From NCBI GenBank assembly GCA_017457425.1, contig JAFTHM010000086.1, positions 1 through 34,412 of the forward strand: 34,412 bases of DNA. Reading direction: 5' to 3'. This document shows, piece by piece, positions 21,168 through 29,844 of this stretch. The notes beneath the pieces are model-generated. The model did no database searches, was not told where the DNA came from, and worked only from the letters and a program-made list of their open reading frames with translations. The DNA comes from Alphaproteobacteria bacterium. Lineage in GTDB: Bacteria > Pseudomonadota > Alphaproteobacteria > CAAHEQ01 > UBA3637. The position numbers and the translations under genes are program-made. Each line of letters opens with the position of its first letter. The stretch's first letter is position 1.

Positions 21168-21608
21168 ATGAGTGAAAACGGTGCATTGTACGACATCATT
21201 GAAAAGGGCACTTTATCCGATTTAAAACAGGCTTTAGAAACCTACAAAATTAATACCAAAGATGAAGAGGGTATGAGTTTGCTGGCATGGGCTTGTGTTG
21301 CGGGTAAGAAACAAAAGGTTACTTATTTGTTAGAACAAGGGGCCGATCCGAACATCAAATGTAATGATGGCAGAACACCGCTGATGTATGCTGCCTCTAA
21401 TGATTATCCTGAAATTATTCGGGTGTTATTAAAGGCTGGAGCCGACCCGAAAATCGGAGACAAAACCGGTTGGACGGCGGAAACTTGGGCCGATGTTTTG
21501 TGGAATGAAAAATCCAAATTTGTGTTGCGAGAACATCGCAAAGGACGATTATTATCACAAGCCCCAAAGGGCAAACGTCCCCATAACGATAAAGGCCATT
21601 CAAGGTAG
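21168..21608 (+). CDS. Ankyrin repeat protein
   Basis: GMSLLAWAC...LLEQGADPN, GRTPLMYAA...LLKAGADP, GWTA; abuts the leuS stop. Confidence 0.9.
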   Translation: MSENGALYDIIEKGTLSDLKQALETYKINTKDEEGMSLLAWACVAGKKQKVTYLLEQGADPNIKCNDGRTPLMYAASNDYPEIIRVLLKAGADPKIGDKTGWTAETWADVLWNEKSKFVLREHRKGRLLSQAPKGKRPHNDKGHSR

Positions 21609-21630
21609 AAGTTATCAAGTTTAATAGGGT

Positions 21631-21660
21631 AAAACGGAAGGGATTATTCCTTCCGTTTTT
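21631..21660. terminator. Bidirectional terminator with the same stem as the thyA terminator
   Basis: AAAACGGAAGG-gattatt-CCTTCCGTTTTT. Confidence 0.85.
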
Positions 21661-21662
21661 GT

Positions 21663-21863
21663 TTATTTCATATTAATTTCTTGCGTATAACAATTTTCGG
21701 TAGTGATGACCCCTAATCCCCATTTGTATTCAATTTGGCATTTTTCAATGACCATGTGATTTCTGTCTCCGGAAATATTGGTAACAAACGGAGCGGACCG
21801 TGTATAGGTTGATGAACACGCCGAACACATTAAACCCAAAACAATTAAATTGACATATTTCAT
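21663..21863 (-). CDS. Small putative lipoprotein (66 aa) downstream of RNA copy 3
   Basis: GAAAGGA RBS; MKYVNLIVLGLMCSAC|SSTY lipobox-like; two further Cys. Confidence 0.72.
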   Translation of the reverse strand: MKYVNLIVLGLMCSACSSTYTRSAPFVTNISGDRNHMVIEKCQIEYKWGLGVITTENCYTQEINMK

Positions 21864-21887
21864 TTGAAGTATCCTTTCTTTAAAGTT

Positions 21888-22085
21888 AAAAGAAAGCCAC
21901 ACTTAAAAAAAGAGTGGCTGGAAGCTCAAACCTATTATCACAAATAGTGCGGTGTATTCGTCCAAAGGATTTATTTCACCGCCTTCCAACCACGTGGAAA
22001 ACGCACCTTTGTTTTTAATCCTCGTGCGTAAGGATATTGTGATATGAGGGTTTGAGTCCCCAACGCCCGAGAATTCCTCAGACGC
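21888..22085 (-). ncRNA. Structured RNA family copy 3 (leader of the small lipoprotein gene)
   Basis: On the minus strand: GCGTCTGAG/CTCGGGCGT; GGG-loop-CCC; TATCACAA/TTGTGATA; GCGGTG/CACCGC. CTCAAACC and GGTTGGAAG pair with GGTTTGAG-CTTCCAGCC. The 35-bp 3' block is identical to copy 2. Confidence 0.78.
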
Positions 22086-22142
22086 ATATATAGGTTAGCA
22101 TACAATTTTTTAAAAGTCTATCCTTTTTTATGTAAAAAAACG
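22084..22142 (-). repeat. Second copy of the 59-bp promoter block
   Basis: Exact reverse complement of 15581-15639 by eye alignment. Confidence 0.92.
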
Positions 22143-22144
22143 TT

Positions 22145-23092
22145 TTAAAACTTTCTGGGATGCAGTGGTTTTGCGTCCCATTTTTGAACAAACTCAGTCA
22201 AATCCGCATTGGAATGTTCGGGTAAAACAATCATTAATTTAACCAATTGATCGCCTTTATCTTTAACGCCTCGTCCTTTTAATCGTAAGGTTTTACCTGA
22301 ACTGGAATACGGCGGAACGGTCAAGGCTACCTCGCCATATGGTGTTGGCACCGTAATTTTTGCCCCCAAAACAGCCTCTTTTAAAGTAATCGGCACATTT
22401 AATAAGACGTTATTCCCCTCTCGTGTATATAGGGCGGACGGTTGCACTTTAATATTAATCAAAGCATCCCCCTTTTGCCCGCCATAACCGGCATCGCCCT
22501 GCCCTTTTAAACGCAAAGTTGACTCATTATTAACACCGGCCGGAATTTTAATTTTTAAATTTTTACCATTAGCAAGTCCTACGGTCGTTTCGCCTCCGGT
22601 AATGGATAAATCAAAGGCTACAGTCAAATTATAGGATACATCTTGACCGGCACCATATGCTTCATGCGTATGCGTGCGGCGGCGACCACTTCCGGCGCCC
22701 ATACCGCCCATATTACCGAACAAATCGGAAAAATTAAATCCACCCATACCGCCACCAAACATACTGGCCAAATCTTCCGGATTGATGTTATAGGTTTGAT
22801 ACCGACCGTTACCACCACCGAAACCACCGCCAAAACCGGCTTGGTCATAGGCACCGGCACCAAATGGTGTCGGATTCCCGTTTTCATCAATTAAGCCGTC
22901 ATCATAACGTTTACGTTTTTCTGCATCCGATAAAATTTCATAGGCGGCACTGATTTTTTTAAACTTTTCTGCGGCCGCTTTATCCGGATTCACATCAGGA
23001 TGCAGTGAGCGAGCCAATTTATGATAGGCTTTTTTAATTTCCGCAGAAGTTGCCGTTTTTGAAACACCTAATAAATCATACAATTTTGCCAT
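22145..23092 (-). CDS. DnaJ-class (CbpA-like, class B) chaperone
   Basis: J domain with HPD, G/F-rich linker, C-terminal domain, no zinc finger. Confidence 0.92.
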   Translation of the reverse strand: MAKLYDLLGVSKTATSAEIKKAYHKLARSLHPDVNPDKAAAEKFKKISAAYEILSDAEKRKRYDDGLIDENGNPTPFGAGAYDQAGFGGGFGGGNGRYQTYNINPEDLASMFGGGMGGFNFSDLFGNMGGMGAGSGRRRTHTHEAYGAGQDVSYNLTVAFDLSITGGETTVGLANGKNLKIKIPAGVNNESTLRLKGQGDAGYGGQKGDALINIKVQPSALYTREGNNVLLNVPITLKEAVLGAKITVPTPYGEVALTVPPYSSSGKTLRLKGRGVKDKGDQLVKLMIVLPEHSNADLTEFVQKWDAKPLHPRKF

Positions 23093-23188
23093 AATAAAAT
23101 GCTCCTTTGATTCTAAATATACTACAATATAGTTTAAAATGCAAAAAAATCTATGGAAAAGTTTTTAAAAATACGCTATAAAAACACT

Positions 23189-24085
23189 ATGATGCAAAAA
23201 AATATTGATAAAAACAAATTGATGAAAACGGCCAGTCATGCTTCTATGGCAACGGCCACTTTGTTGATTGTTTTAAAATTAATCACCTTTTTAATTACCG
23301 GCTCTATGGCCATTTTATCCAGCTTGTTTGATTCCATTCAAGATGCCATGACCTCTACGGTTAATCTGATTGCCATTCGTCATGCAACGGAACCGGCCGA
23401 TAAAGAACACAGCTTCGGTCATGGAAAGGCCCATGCCTTAGGCGGTGTATCACAAGCCTTTATTATCGCCATTGCCAGTTTATTTTTATTAAAAGAATCT
23501 ATCCACAGATTATTTGACCCGCAAGAAATCACTCAAATCGGGTTAGGGATTGGTATAACCCTTTTTGCATTGATATTGACGTTATTTTTAATTCGTTTTC
23601 AAAAATATGTTATTCGTAAAACAGGCTCTTTATCCATTAAGGCCGATATGGCCCATTACACCGGTGATATTTTAATGAATGTTGGTGTGATTGTGTCTAT
23701 GGTACTCAGCTATTATTTGGGATGGACCTGTCTTGATGCATTGTTTGGTATCGGCGTTGCCGTTTATTTATTAGTGGTTGTTTACCAAATTACGATTGAG
23801 TCATTTAAAATGTTAATGGATACGGAAATGCCCCCTGCTTTTCGTAAAAAAATAACCGATATTGCTATGAGTTTTTCTGAAGTCATTGACATGCATGATT
23901 TAAAAACAAGACAATCAGGGGATTGCATTTTTATTCAATTTTGCATTCATATGGATAAAGATTTAACATTAGAGCAAGCGCATACCATCACTGATGAGAT
24001 TGAACAAGCTATTATCAAAAAAATTCCGGAAGCTCAAGTCCTTATCCACTTTGAACCGCATTTACATAAGGAAAACATCGCATGA
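23189..24085 (+). CDS. Cation diffusion facilitator (FieF/YiiP-like); start may be 23153
   Basis: SLFDSIQD, PADKEHSFGHGKA, ADMAHYTGD, HDLKTRQSG, LIHFEP. Confidence 0.92.
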   Translation: MMQKNIDKNKLMKTASHASMATATLLIVLKLITFLITGSMAILSSLFDSIQDAMTSTVNLIAIRHATEPADKEHSFGHGKAHALGGVSQAFIIAIASLFLLKESIHRLFDPQEITQIGLGIGITLFALILTLFLIRFQKYVIRKTGSLSIKADMAHYTGDILMNVGVIVSMVLSYYLGWTCLDALFGIGVAVYLLVVVYQITIESFKMLMDTEMPPAFRKKITDIAMSFSEVIDMHDLKTRQSGDCIFIQFCIHMDKDLTLEQAHTITDEIEQAIIKKIPEAQVLIHFEPHLHKENIA

Positions 24086-25638
24086 TATTATCCGATCAAA
24101 CCGACATTATTGAAGCCCTCAGCAATCCACAAACATATGGCAAATCCGTCAATAAGGTTGAGGTACATCGTTCTCATATTGCCATTATTTTCTTCGCCGG
24201 CGATTATGTATACAAACTCAAACGAGCCGTTATTTATCCTGGGGTTGATTTTTCTACCGCCGAAAAAAGAAAATTGGCCTGTATTGCCGAGATGAAACGC
24301 AGTACCGTGTATGCCCCTCATTTAATTATCGGTGTTAAACCCATTAAGCGTTTAAAAAACGGTACCATTAAAATCGGTGGGACAAACGGAGAGGAAATTG
24401 ACACCGTTATTGTGGAAAAAAGATTACCGGATAAAGCTATTTTAAGTTTTGCCTTACCCTCCCCCGATTTTGACAGATTTGAAGCCATGGATTTAGCAGA
24501 ACATTTGGCTGATTTACATTCAAAAGCTAAAGTTTTCCATAACAAATGGGGTGTTGACGTTATTCAAAATATTATTTTGGAAAATGAAGCCGTTTTATCA
24601 TGCTTTCCAAGCTCTATTGACCTATCTCTATTAAACACTCTGACACGTCAAAGCTTAGAAATTTTAAAGAAAAATGAAAATTTGATAAAATTCCGTCAAA
24701 AAAGCGGATTCGTCAAAAAATGCCATGGTGATTTGTTGTTATCCAATATTGCCTATGACAAAGGGCAATTTTTATTTTTCAGTCCGGTAGAATACAATGA
24801 TGCATTGGATTGTATTGATACCTTGTATGACTTAGCATTCTTAACAATGGATTTGGAATTCAAAGGGTTGAGACGCCTCAGCAATATCCTTTTTAATCAT
24901 TACATGTCCTATATCAATGATATTGAAGGTATATCGTTGATGGGATTATACCAATCTATGCGAGCCCTCTCACGAGCCGCTGTTTGTGCAAAAACCAGCG
25001 CGTTATTACAAGGAACCGAAAAACAACACGCCATTAATAAAACCAAAAAATATTTTGAACTGGCCTGTCGCTTTTTAATTGAGTGCACACCGGTTTTAAT
25101 TGCTTGTGGTGGATTGTCTGGCAGTGGTAAATCCCGTATTGCCCGTGAAATCGGGGGATTAATGAATCCGGCGCCAGGGGCCGTTATTTTAAGAGATGAT
25201 GTCGTCAAAAAACAAATTACGGGACTGGCTCCACACCAACGCTTTAATAAAACGACTAACTCTCCGGCTTTTGATAAAATCGTTTATGAAGTCCTCCGGC
25301 AACAAGCCACCTGTGCTCTACAAAACGGTGCAAGTGTTATTATTGATGCTTTGTTTGATAATGATCTTGAACGCATGGCTGTTCAAGCTTTGGCAGATAG
25401 TCTCAATATTCCGTTTATCGGGTTATGGATGGATGCCCCGATTGATGTCAGAAAAAAACGTGTAGAAGCCCGAAAAAAAGCGCCCTCAAGCAATCGTAAA
25501 GAAAAAGAGTTAGAATGCCAACTATGTTTGGAAACGGGTCATATTACATGGCATCAAGTTAATACAGATATGCCAAAAAATGATACCTTACAACAAGTTA
25601 TCAAAATTTTAAACGCTCATTTAAAAATGAATTTATGA
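24082..25638 (+). CDS. Aminoglycoside-phosphotransferase-like domain fused to a P-loop kinase
   Basis: SHIA...VYKLKR, CHGDLLLSNI, DTLYDLAFLTMDL, then GGLSGSGKS and IIDA. Confidence 0.88.
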   Translation: MILSDQTDIIEALSNPQTYGKSVNKVEVHRSHIAIIFFAGDYVYKLKRAVIYPGVDFSTAEKRKLACIAEMKRSTVYAPHLIIGVKPIKRLKNGTIKIGGTNGEEIDTVIVEKRLPDKAILSFALPSPDFDRFEAMDLAEHLADLHSKAKVFHNKWGVDVIQNIILENEAVLSCFPSSIDLSLLNTLTRQSLEILKKNENLIKFRQKSGFVKKCHGDLLLSNIAYDKGQFLFFSPVEYNDALDCIDTLYDLAFLTMDLEFKGLRRLSNILFNHYMSYINDIEGISLMGLYQSMRALSRAAVCAKTSALLQGTEKQHAINKTKKYFELACRFLIECTPVLIACGGLSGSGKSRIAREIGGLMNPAPGAVILRDDVVKKQITGLAPHQRFNKTTNSPAFDKIVYEVLRQQATCALQNGASVIIDALFDNDLERMAVQALADSLNIPFIGLWMDAPIDVRKKRVEARKKAPSSNRKEKELECQLCLETGHITWHQVNTDMPKNDTLQQVIKILNAHLKMNL

Positions 25639-25733
25639 TATTTTTCAGTACATTAAAATTATAGCTTTCATTTTTTTCATAAAAAACACTTGCAATTATA
25701 AAAAAAATAGTGTAAAAGATATGTCATCACGAT

Positions 25734-25810
25734 GCGCCCGTAGCTCAATTGGATAGAGCATCTGACTACGGATCAGAAGGTTGTAAGTTCGAATCCTGCC
25801 GGGCGCGCCA
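25734..25810 (+). tRNA. tRNA-Arg(ACG)
   Basis: GCGCCCG/CGGGCGC acceptor stem, TCTGA-CTACGGA-TCAGA anticodon arm, TTCGAAT T loop, encoded CCA; T stem is imperfect. Confidence 0.95.
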
Positions 25811-26016
25811 TAAAATTAAAACCTCCTATTTCTAGGGGGTTTTATTTTATTGTGGGCAGTGGCGGATTTGAACTTACAAGGTAAGTTCGTATACGTCAGT
25901 AGACGCCTTTAGGCGGTCCGAACAACGTGAGGACGAGGGATAATATCCCGAGCAATCCTGCCGGGCGCGCCATAAAATTAAAACCTCCTTTTTTAGGGGG
26001 TTTTATTTTATTGTGG
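25792..26016 (+). repeat. tRNA-linked direct repeat: tRNA 3' end plus terminator duplicated (25792-25855 and 25954-26016)
   Basis: AATCCTGCCGGGCGCGCCATAAAATTAAAACCTCCT...TAGGGGGTTTTATTTTATTGTGG occurs twice, 162 bp apart, differing only in the terminator loop. Confidence 0.92.
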
Positions 26017-26127
26017 ACAGAGAATAATATCTGATTTAAAAATGCCCCTTTGTAAAAGGGGCGCTATGTATATCTCAAAAAATAATTTTTGTGAAGGTAT
26101 TTTTACAATACCTCCCCACTAAAAAAA

Positions 26128-27801
26128 CTATCGTTCAATCGGTTTATATTTAATACGGTGCGGTGTATCGGCATCCGTACCCAAACGGCGGTGTTTGTCG
26201 GCTTCATATTCAGCATAGTTGCCTTCAAACCAAACCACTTTGGAATCGCCTTCAAACGCCAAAATATGCGTTGCCAAACGGTCCAAGAACCAACGGTCGT
26301 GGGATGTAATAACGGCGCATCCCGGGAAGTCCATTAAGGCCTCTTCCAACGCACGCAAGGTATCCACATCCAAATCGTTTGTCGGTTCGTCCAACAACAA
26401 AACGTTGGCACCGGATTTTAACATTTTTGCCATATGCACACGGTTGCGTTCCCCACCGGACAAAACCCCGACTTTCTTTTGTTGGTCCGGCCCTTTAAAG
26501 TTAAATTGAGATACATAGCCACGGGACGGCACTTCACGTTTGCCTAAGGTTAAAATATCTAAGCCACCGGAAATTTCTTGCCATACCGTTTTATTATCAT
26601 CAAGTGCATCACGGCTTTGATCCACATACCCAAGTTTCACCGTTTCACCCACACGGAATGTCCCACTGTCCGGTGTTTCTTGACCAGTAATAATACGCAT
26701 CAGTGTTGTTTTACCGGCACCGTTCGGCCCGATAATACCAACAATACCACCAGCCGGCAAATTAAAGGTCAAATCTTCAAACAATAACTTATCACCAAAA
26801 GCTTTACTTAAGTTATTAGCTTCCAAAACCACATCCCCCAAACGAGGACCCGCCGGAATAACGATTTGAGCCACATCTGGTGTTTTTTCAACCGATTTTT
26901 TCAAGAGTTCTTCATAAGCCGTAATACGGGCTTTGGATTTTGCCTGACGTGCTTTCGGAGATTGACGCACCCATTCCAATTCCTCTTTGAGTGTGCGTTG
27001 ACGTGCTTTTTCGGCATTTTGTTCAACCTCTAAGCGTTTTTGTTTTTGCTCCAGCCAAGACGTATAGTTGCCCTCATACGGAATACCTTCACCACGGTCC
27101 ATTTCCAAAATCCAACCGGTTACGTTATCTAAGAAATAACGATCGTGGGTTACCATTACGACTGTACCGGCATAGTTTTTCAAATATGTTTGAAGCCAAG
27201 CCACCGATTCGGCATCTAAGTGGTTTGTCGGTTCGTCCAATAACAACATATCCGGTTTGCTGAGCAACAATCGGCACAAAGCCACACGCCGTTTTTCACC
27301 ACCGGATAATTTTGTCACATCGGCATCGGACGGTGGACAACGCAAAGCATCCATCGCAATTTCAATCGTGCGTTCAATTTCCCAACCGTTACACGCATCA
27401 ATTTTTTCTTGTAATTCGGCTTGTTCGGCCAGCAACGCATCCATATCGGCATCTGGATCGGCAAATTTCATATTCACTTCTTCATAACGTTGCATCAAAT
27501 CACGAATTTCACCGACACCATCCATGATATTACCCATCACATCTTTAGTCGGATCAAGTTGTGGTTCTTGAGGTAAATAACCTACTTTCACACCGTCGGC
27601 CGCCCATGCTTCACCCGTAAAATTATCATCTAATCCGGCCATAATTTTTAAAAGGGTTGACTTACCGGCTCCATTCGGACCCAACACACCGATTTTTGCC
27701 CCTGGGAAGAAACTCAACCAAATATGCTTTAAAACTTCTTTTCCACCAGGGAATGTTTTGCATAAATCTTTCATCACATAGATATATTGATAACTTGCCA
27801 T
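26128..27801 (-). CDS. ettA: Energy-dependent translational throttle protein (ABC-F)
   Basis: [22 protein letters not shown], two ABC domains, [17 protein letters not shown], terminal PHRIKY. Confidence 0.96.
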   Translation of the reverse strand: MASYQYIYVMKDLCKTFPGGKEVLKHIWLSFFPGAKIGVLGPNGAGKSTLLKIMAGLDDNFTGEAWAADGVKVGYLPQEPQLDPTKDVMGNIMDGVGEIRDLMQRYEEVNMKFADPDADMDALLAEQAELQEKIDACNGWEIERTIEIAMDALRCPPSDADVTKLSGGEKRRVALCRLLLSKPDMLLLDEPTNHLDAESVAWLQTYLKNYAGTVVMVTHDRYFLDNVTGWILEMDRGEGIPYEGNYTSWLEQKQKRLEVEQNAEKARQRTLKEELEWVRQSPKARQAKSKARITAYEELLKKSVEKTPDVAQIVIPAGPRLGDVVLEANNLSKAFGDKLLFEDLTFNLPAGGIVGIIGPNGAGKTTLMRIITGQETPDSGTFRVGETVKLGYVDQSRDALDDNKTVWQEISGGLDILTLGKREVPSRGYVSQFNFKGPDQQKKVGVLSGGERNRVHMAKMLKSGANVLLLDEPTNDLDVDTLRALEEALMDFPGCAVITSHDRWFLDRLATHILAFEGDSKVVWFEGNYAEYEADKHRRLGTDADTPHRIKYKPIER

Positions 27802-27899
27802 AAATACTCCTTTTAGTTAATGATTAAATTGGGGGTATTATACAAAAACACCCTATAAAAGTCAAGAAAAAAGGGCTGATTAAAAGCCCCCTTTCTATT

Positions 27900-28883
27900 T
27901 TACTTTTTACCACATATTTTTTGTTTTAGTCTGGATAATTTATGTTTAATGAAATATTTTACAATTAAATACACATCCCGTTGTTTCATATTCCGATAAT
28001 CCACATCTGCATAATGTTTAATAATCTTACGACGACGGGCTTTTTCAATTGGTCCATCAAAAATATTAGATAAGAATTTCAAAATACTTTCATCAGAATA
28101 TCTATCCGGTAATTTTCCACCGACAAAGGCCGGTTCATTCAGCATTTGTAAATACGCTTCATCATCATTATCCAGTTGTTTGATTTTTTCTATAACCTCA
28201 TCAATACTGGCATAATCATGACAATTAATAAATGCCTTAGGGTTAAAATCTTGAACAGCTGTTTCATCCCCATAGTAAATCGGAATCGTACCGGCGGCAA
28301 AAGATTCCAAAATTTTCTCTGTACAATATCCACGGGCAGCCACATTTTCAAAAGCAAATGAAAATTTATAGTCCTTTTGAAACTCAATTTTATCCGGAAC
28401 AGGACCACCGACATTATTTTTATACTTACCACCAGAATCCACTTGTTTATAGGCCGACAGCTTTTCAAAAAATTCCTCTCTGAAACCATCCGTTTGTTTG
28501 ATATTAGAAATCACCATACAGCAAAACTTGCGTTTTGTCGCCTCTACATCCATAGGGGATTTACTTAAAGTGGCATCCAAAGCTTTACCATACCGACGCC
28601 ACAATGGCAAACGCATATAACGGTCTTCAAATTCTATATGATGAAATCCAAAGGCATAATCGCAATAATTAAAATTCGGCACAACATTTTCGCCCGTAAA
28701 GAAAATACGAATACCATCAAACGTATGGTGATTATTCCCATACACGCTATAGAATAAATAATCCGGATTATCTGTAATTTCTATATGATATTTTTGCGAG
28801 AGTAATTTGAAAAAAAAATCTTCCTGCGCATTATAATTACCACTATGCGCACAATCCAAATACCCTAGTTTAATTGTTTTCAT
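27900..28883 (-). CDS. GT10 alpha-1,3/4-fucosyltransferase-like protein
   Basis: NPDYLFYSVYG, RIFFTGEN, YKFSFAFEN...GYCTEKI...AGTIPIYYG, FNPKAFIN. Confidence 0.92.
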   Translation of the reverse strand: MKTIKLGYLDCAHSGNYNAQEDFFFKLLSQKYHIEITDNPDYLFYSVYGNNHHTFDGIRIFFTGENVVPNFNYCDYAFGFHHIEFEDRYMRLPLWRRYGKALDATLSKSPMDVEATKRKFCCMVISNIKQTDGFREEFFEKLSAYKQVDSGGKYKNNVGGPVPDKIEFQKDYKFSFAFENVAARGYCTEKILESFAAGTIPIYYGDETAVQDFNPKAFINCHDYASIDEVIEKIKQLDNDDEAYLQMLNEPAFVGGKLPDRYSDESILKFLSNIFDGPIEKARRRKIIKHYADVDYRNMKQRDVYLIVKYFIKHKLSRLKQKICGKK

Positions 28884-28891
28884 ACTTAACT

Positions 28892-29362
28892 CTACTGTTT
28901 TCCTGTTGACCCAAATCCACCGATACCACGTGTGGTATCATCATCCACACTGTCCACTGTGGCAAAGTCAACACACATAACTGGAGCAACAACCCCCTGA
29001 GCAATTCTGTCCCCCGGTTCTATAATAAAATCTTCGGCTCCATGATTAACTAAAATAGCACGTACTTCGCCACGATATCCCAAATCTACCGTACCGACAC
29101 CGTTCATCATCGTAATCCCGTGCTTAGCTGCCAATCCGGATCTGGCCCGAATTTGGATTTCATAATTTAATCCCACCGGAATTTTTCCCGTTTCCAGTTG
29201 AAATTTAACACCGGTTGGAATTGGCCTATACTCACGAGGTTTTAACACAATGCGTTCCGATATGGCCGCTCGTAAATCAAACCCTGCATCACCGGCATGT
29301 TTATACCCCAGTTCACCCCAATCTTTATTATAATTTTGCAAATATTCAATATTTAATTTCAT
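28892..29362 (-). CDS. dut: dUTP diphosphatase
   Basis: AGFDL, RSGLA, GTVDLGYRGE, DRIAQ, RGIGGFGSTG; ATG at 29362 follows AGGAG. Confidence 0.96.
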   Translation of the reverse strand: MKLNIEYLQNYNKDWGELGYKHAGDAGFDLRAAISERIVLKPREYRPIPTGVKFQLETGKIPVGLNYEIQIRARSGLAAKHGITMMNGVGTVDLGYRGEVRAILVNHGAEDFIIEPGDRIAQGVVAPVMCVDFATVDSVDDDTTRGIGGFGSTGKQ

Positions 29363-29513
29363 GTAAATCTCCTTTTTTATGGTAGGATACTTTTTTTCAC
29401 CCAAAATGTCAAATATCAAAATGATTAAAACGACACAAAAACATAAAAAATAAGTTGATTTTTACGGCAAAAGTTGTATATTATTGCCATTATTATTTAA
29501 TGAAAGGAAAAAC

Positions 29514-29843
29514 ATGTTTATATCTGAAGCAATGGCTCAAACGGTACAAACAGCCACAAATACAGCTGCCACATCTGGCAGTGGCATTGCCGCTTTTGCC
29601 CAACTGATTTTAATTTTCGGAATTTTATACTTATTACTCATCCGTCCGCAAAAGAAAAAACTGTAACGTCATGAGGCGGCCTTAAATGCCATTACTAAAG
29701 GCTCTAAAGTTGTTATCGGCGGAATTATCGGTACGGTATCAAAGGTAGAAGATAACAATGAATTGACGGTTAAAATCGCTGACAATACCGAAATTAAAGT
29801 TATCCGTGGCTATATTTCACAGGTTTTAGAAGAGGAAAAATAA
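29514..29843 (+). pseudogene. yajC: yajC interrupted by one in-frame TAA (29664-29666); pseudogene or base-call error
   Basis: MFISEAMAQ...YLLLIRPQKKKL*RHEAALNAITKGSKVVIGGIIGTVSKV...VKIADNTEIKVIRGYISQVLEEEK*; directly upstream of secD. Confidence 0.85.
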
Positions 29844-29844
29844 G

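Noticed and set aside
25734-26016. Prophage or genomic island integrated at tRNA-Arg
   Set aside because: The repeats are only 162 bp apart, and no integrase or phage genes flank them.
29664-29666. Stop-codon reassignment (TAA read as sense)
   Set aside because: Many conserved genes here (thyA, parC, secD, rpsL) end correctly at TAA, and no other internal TAA was seen.
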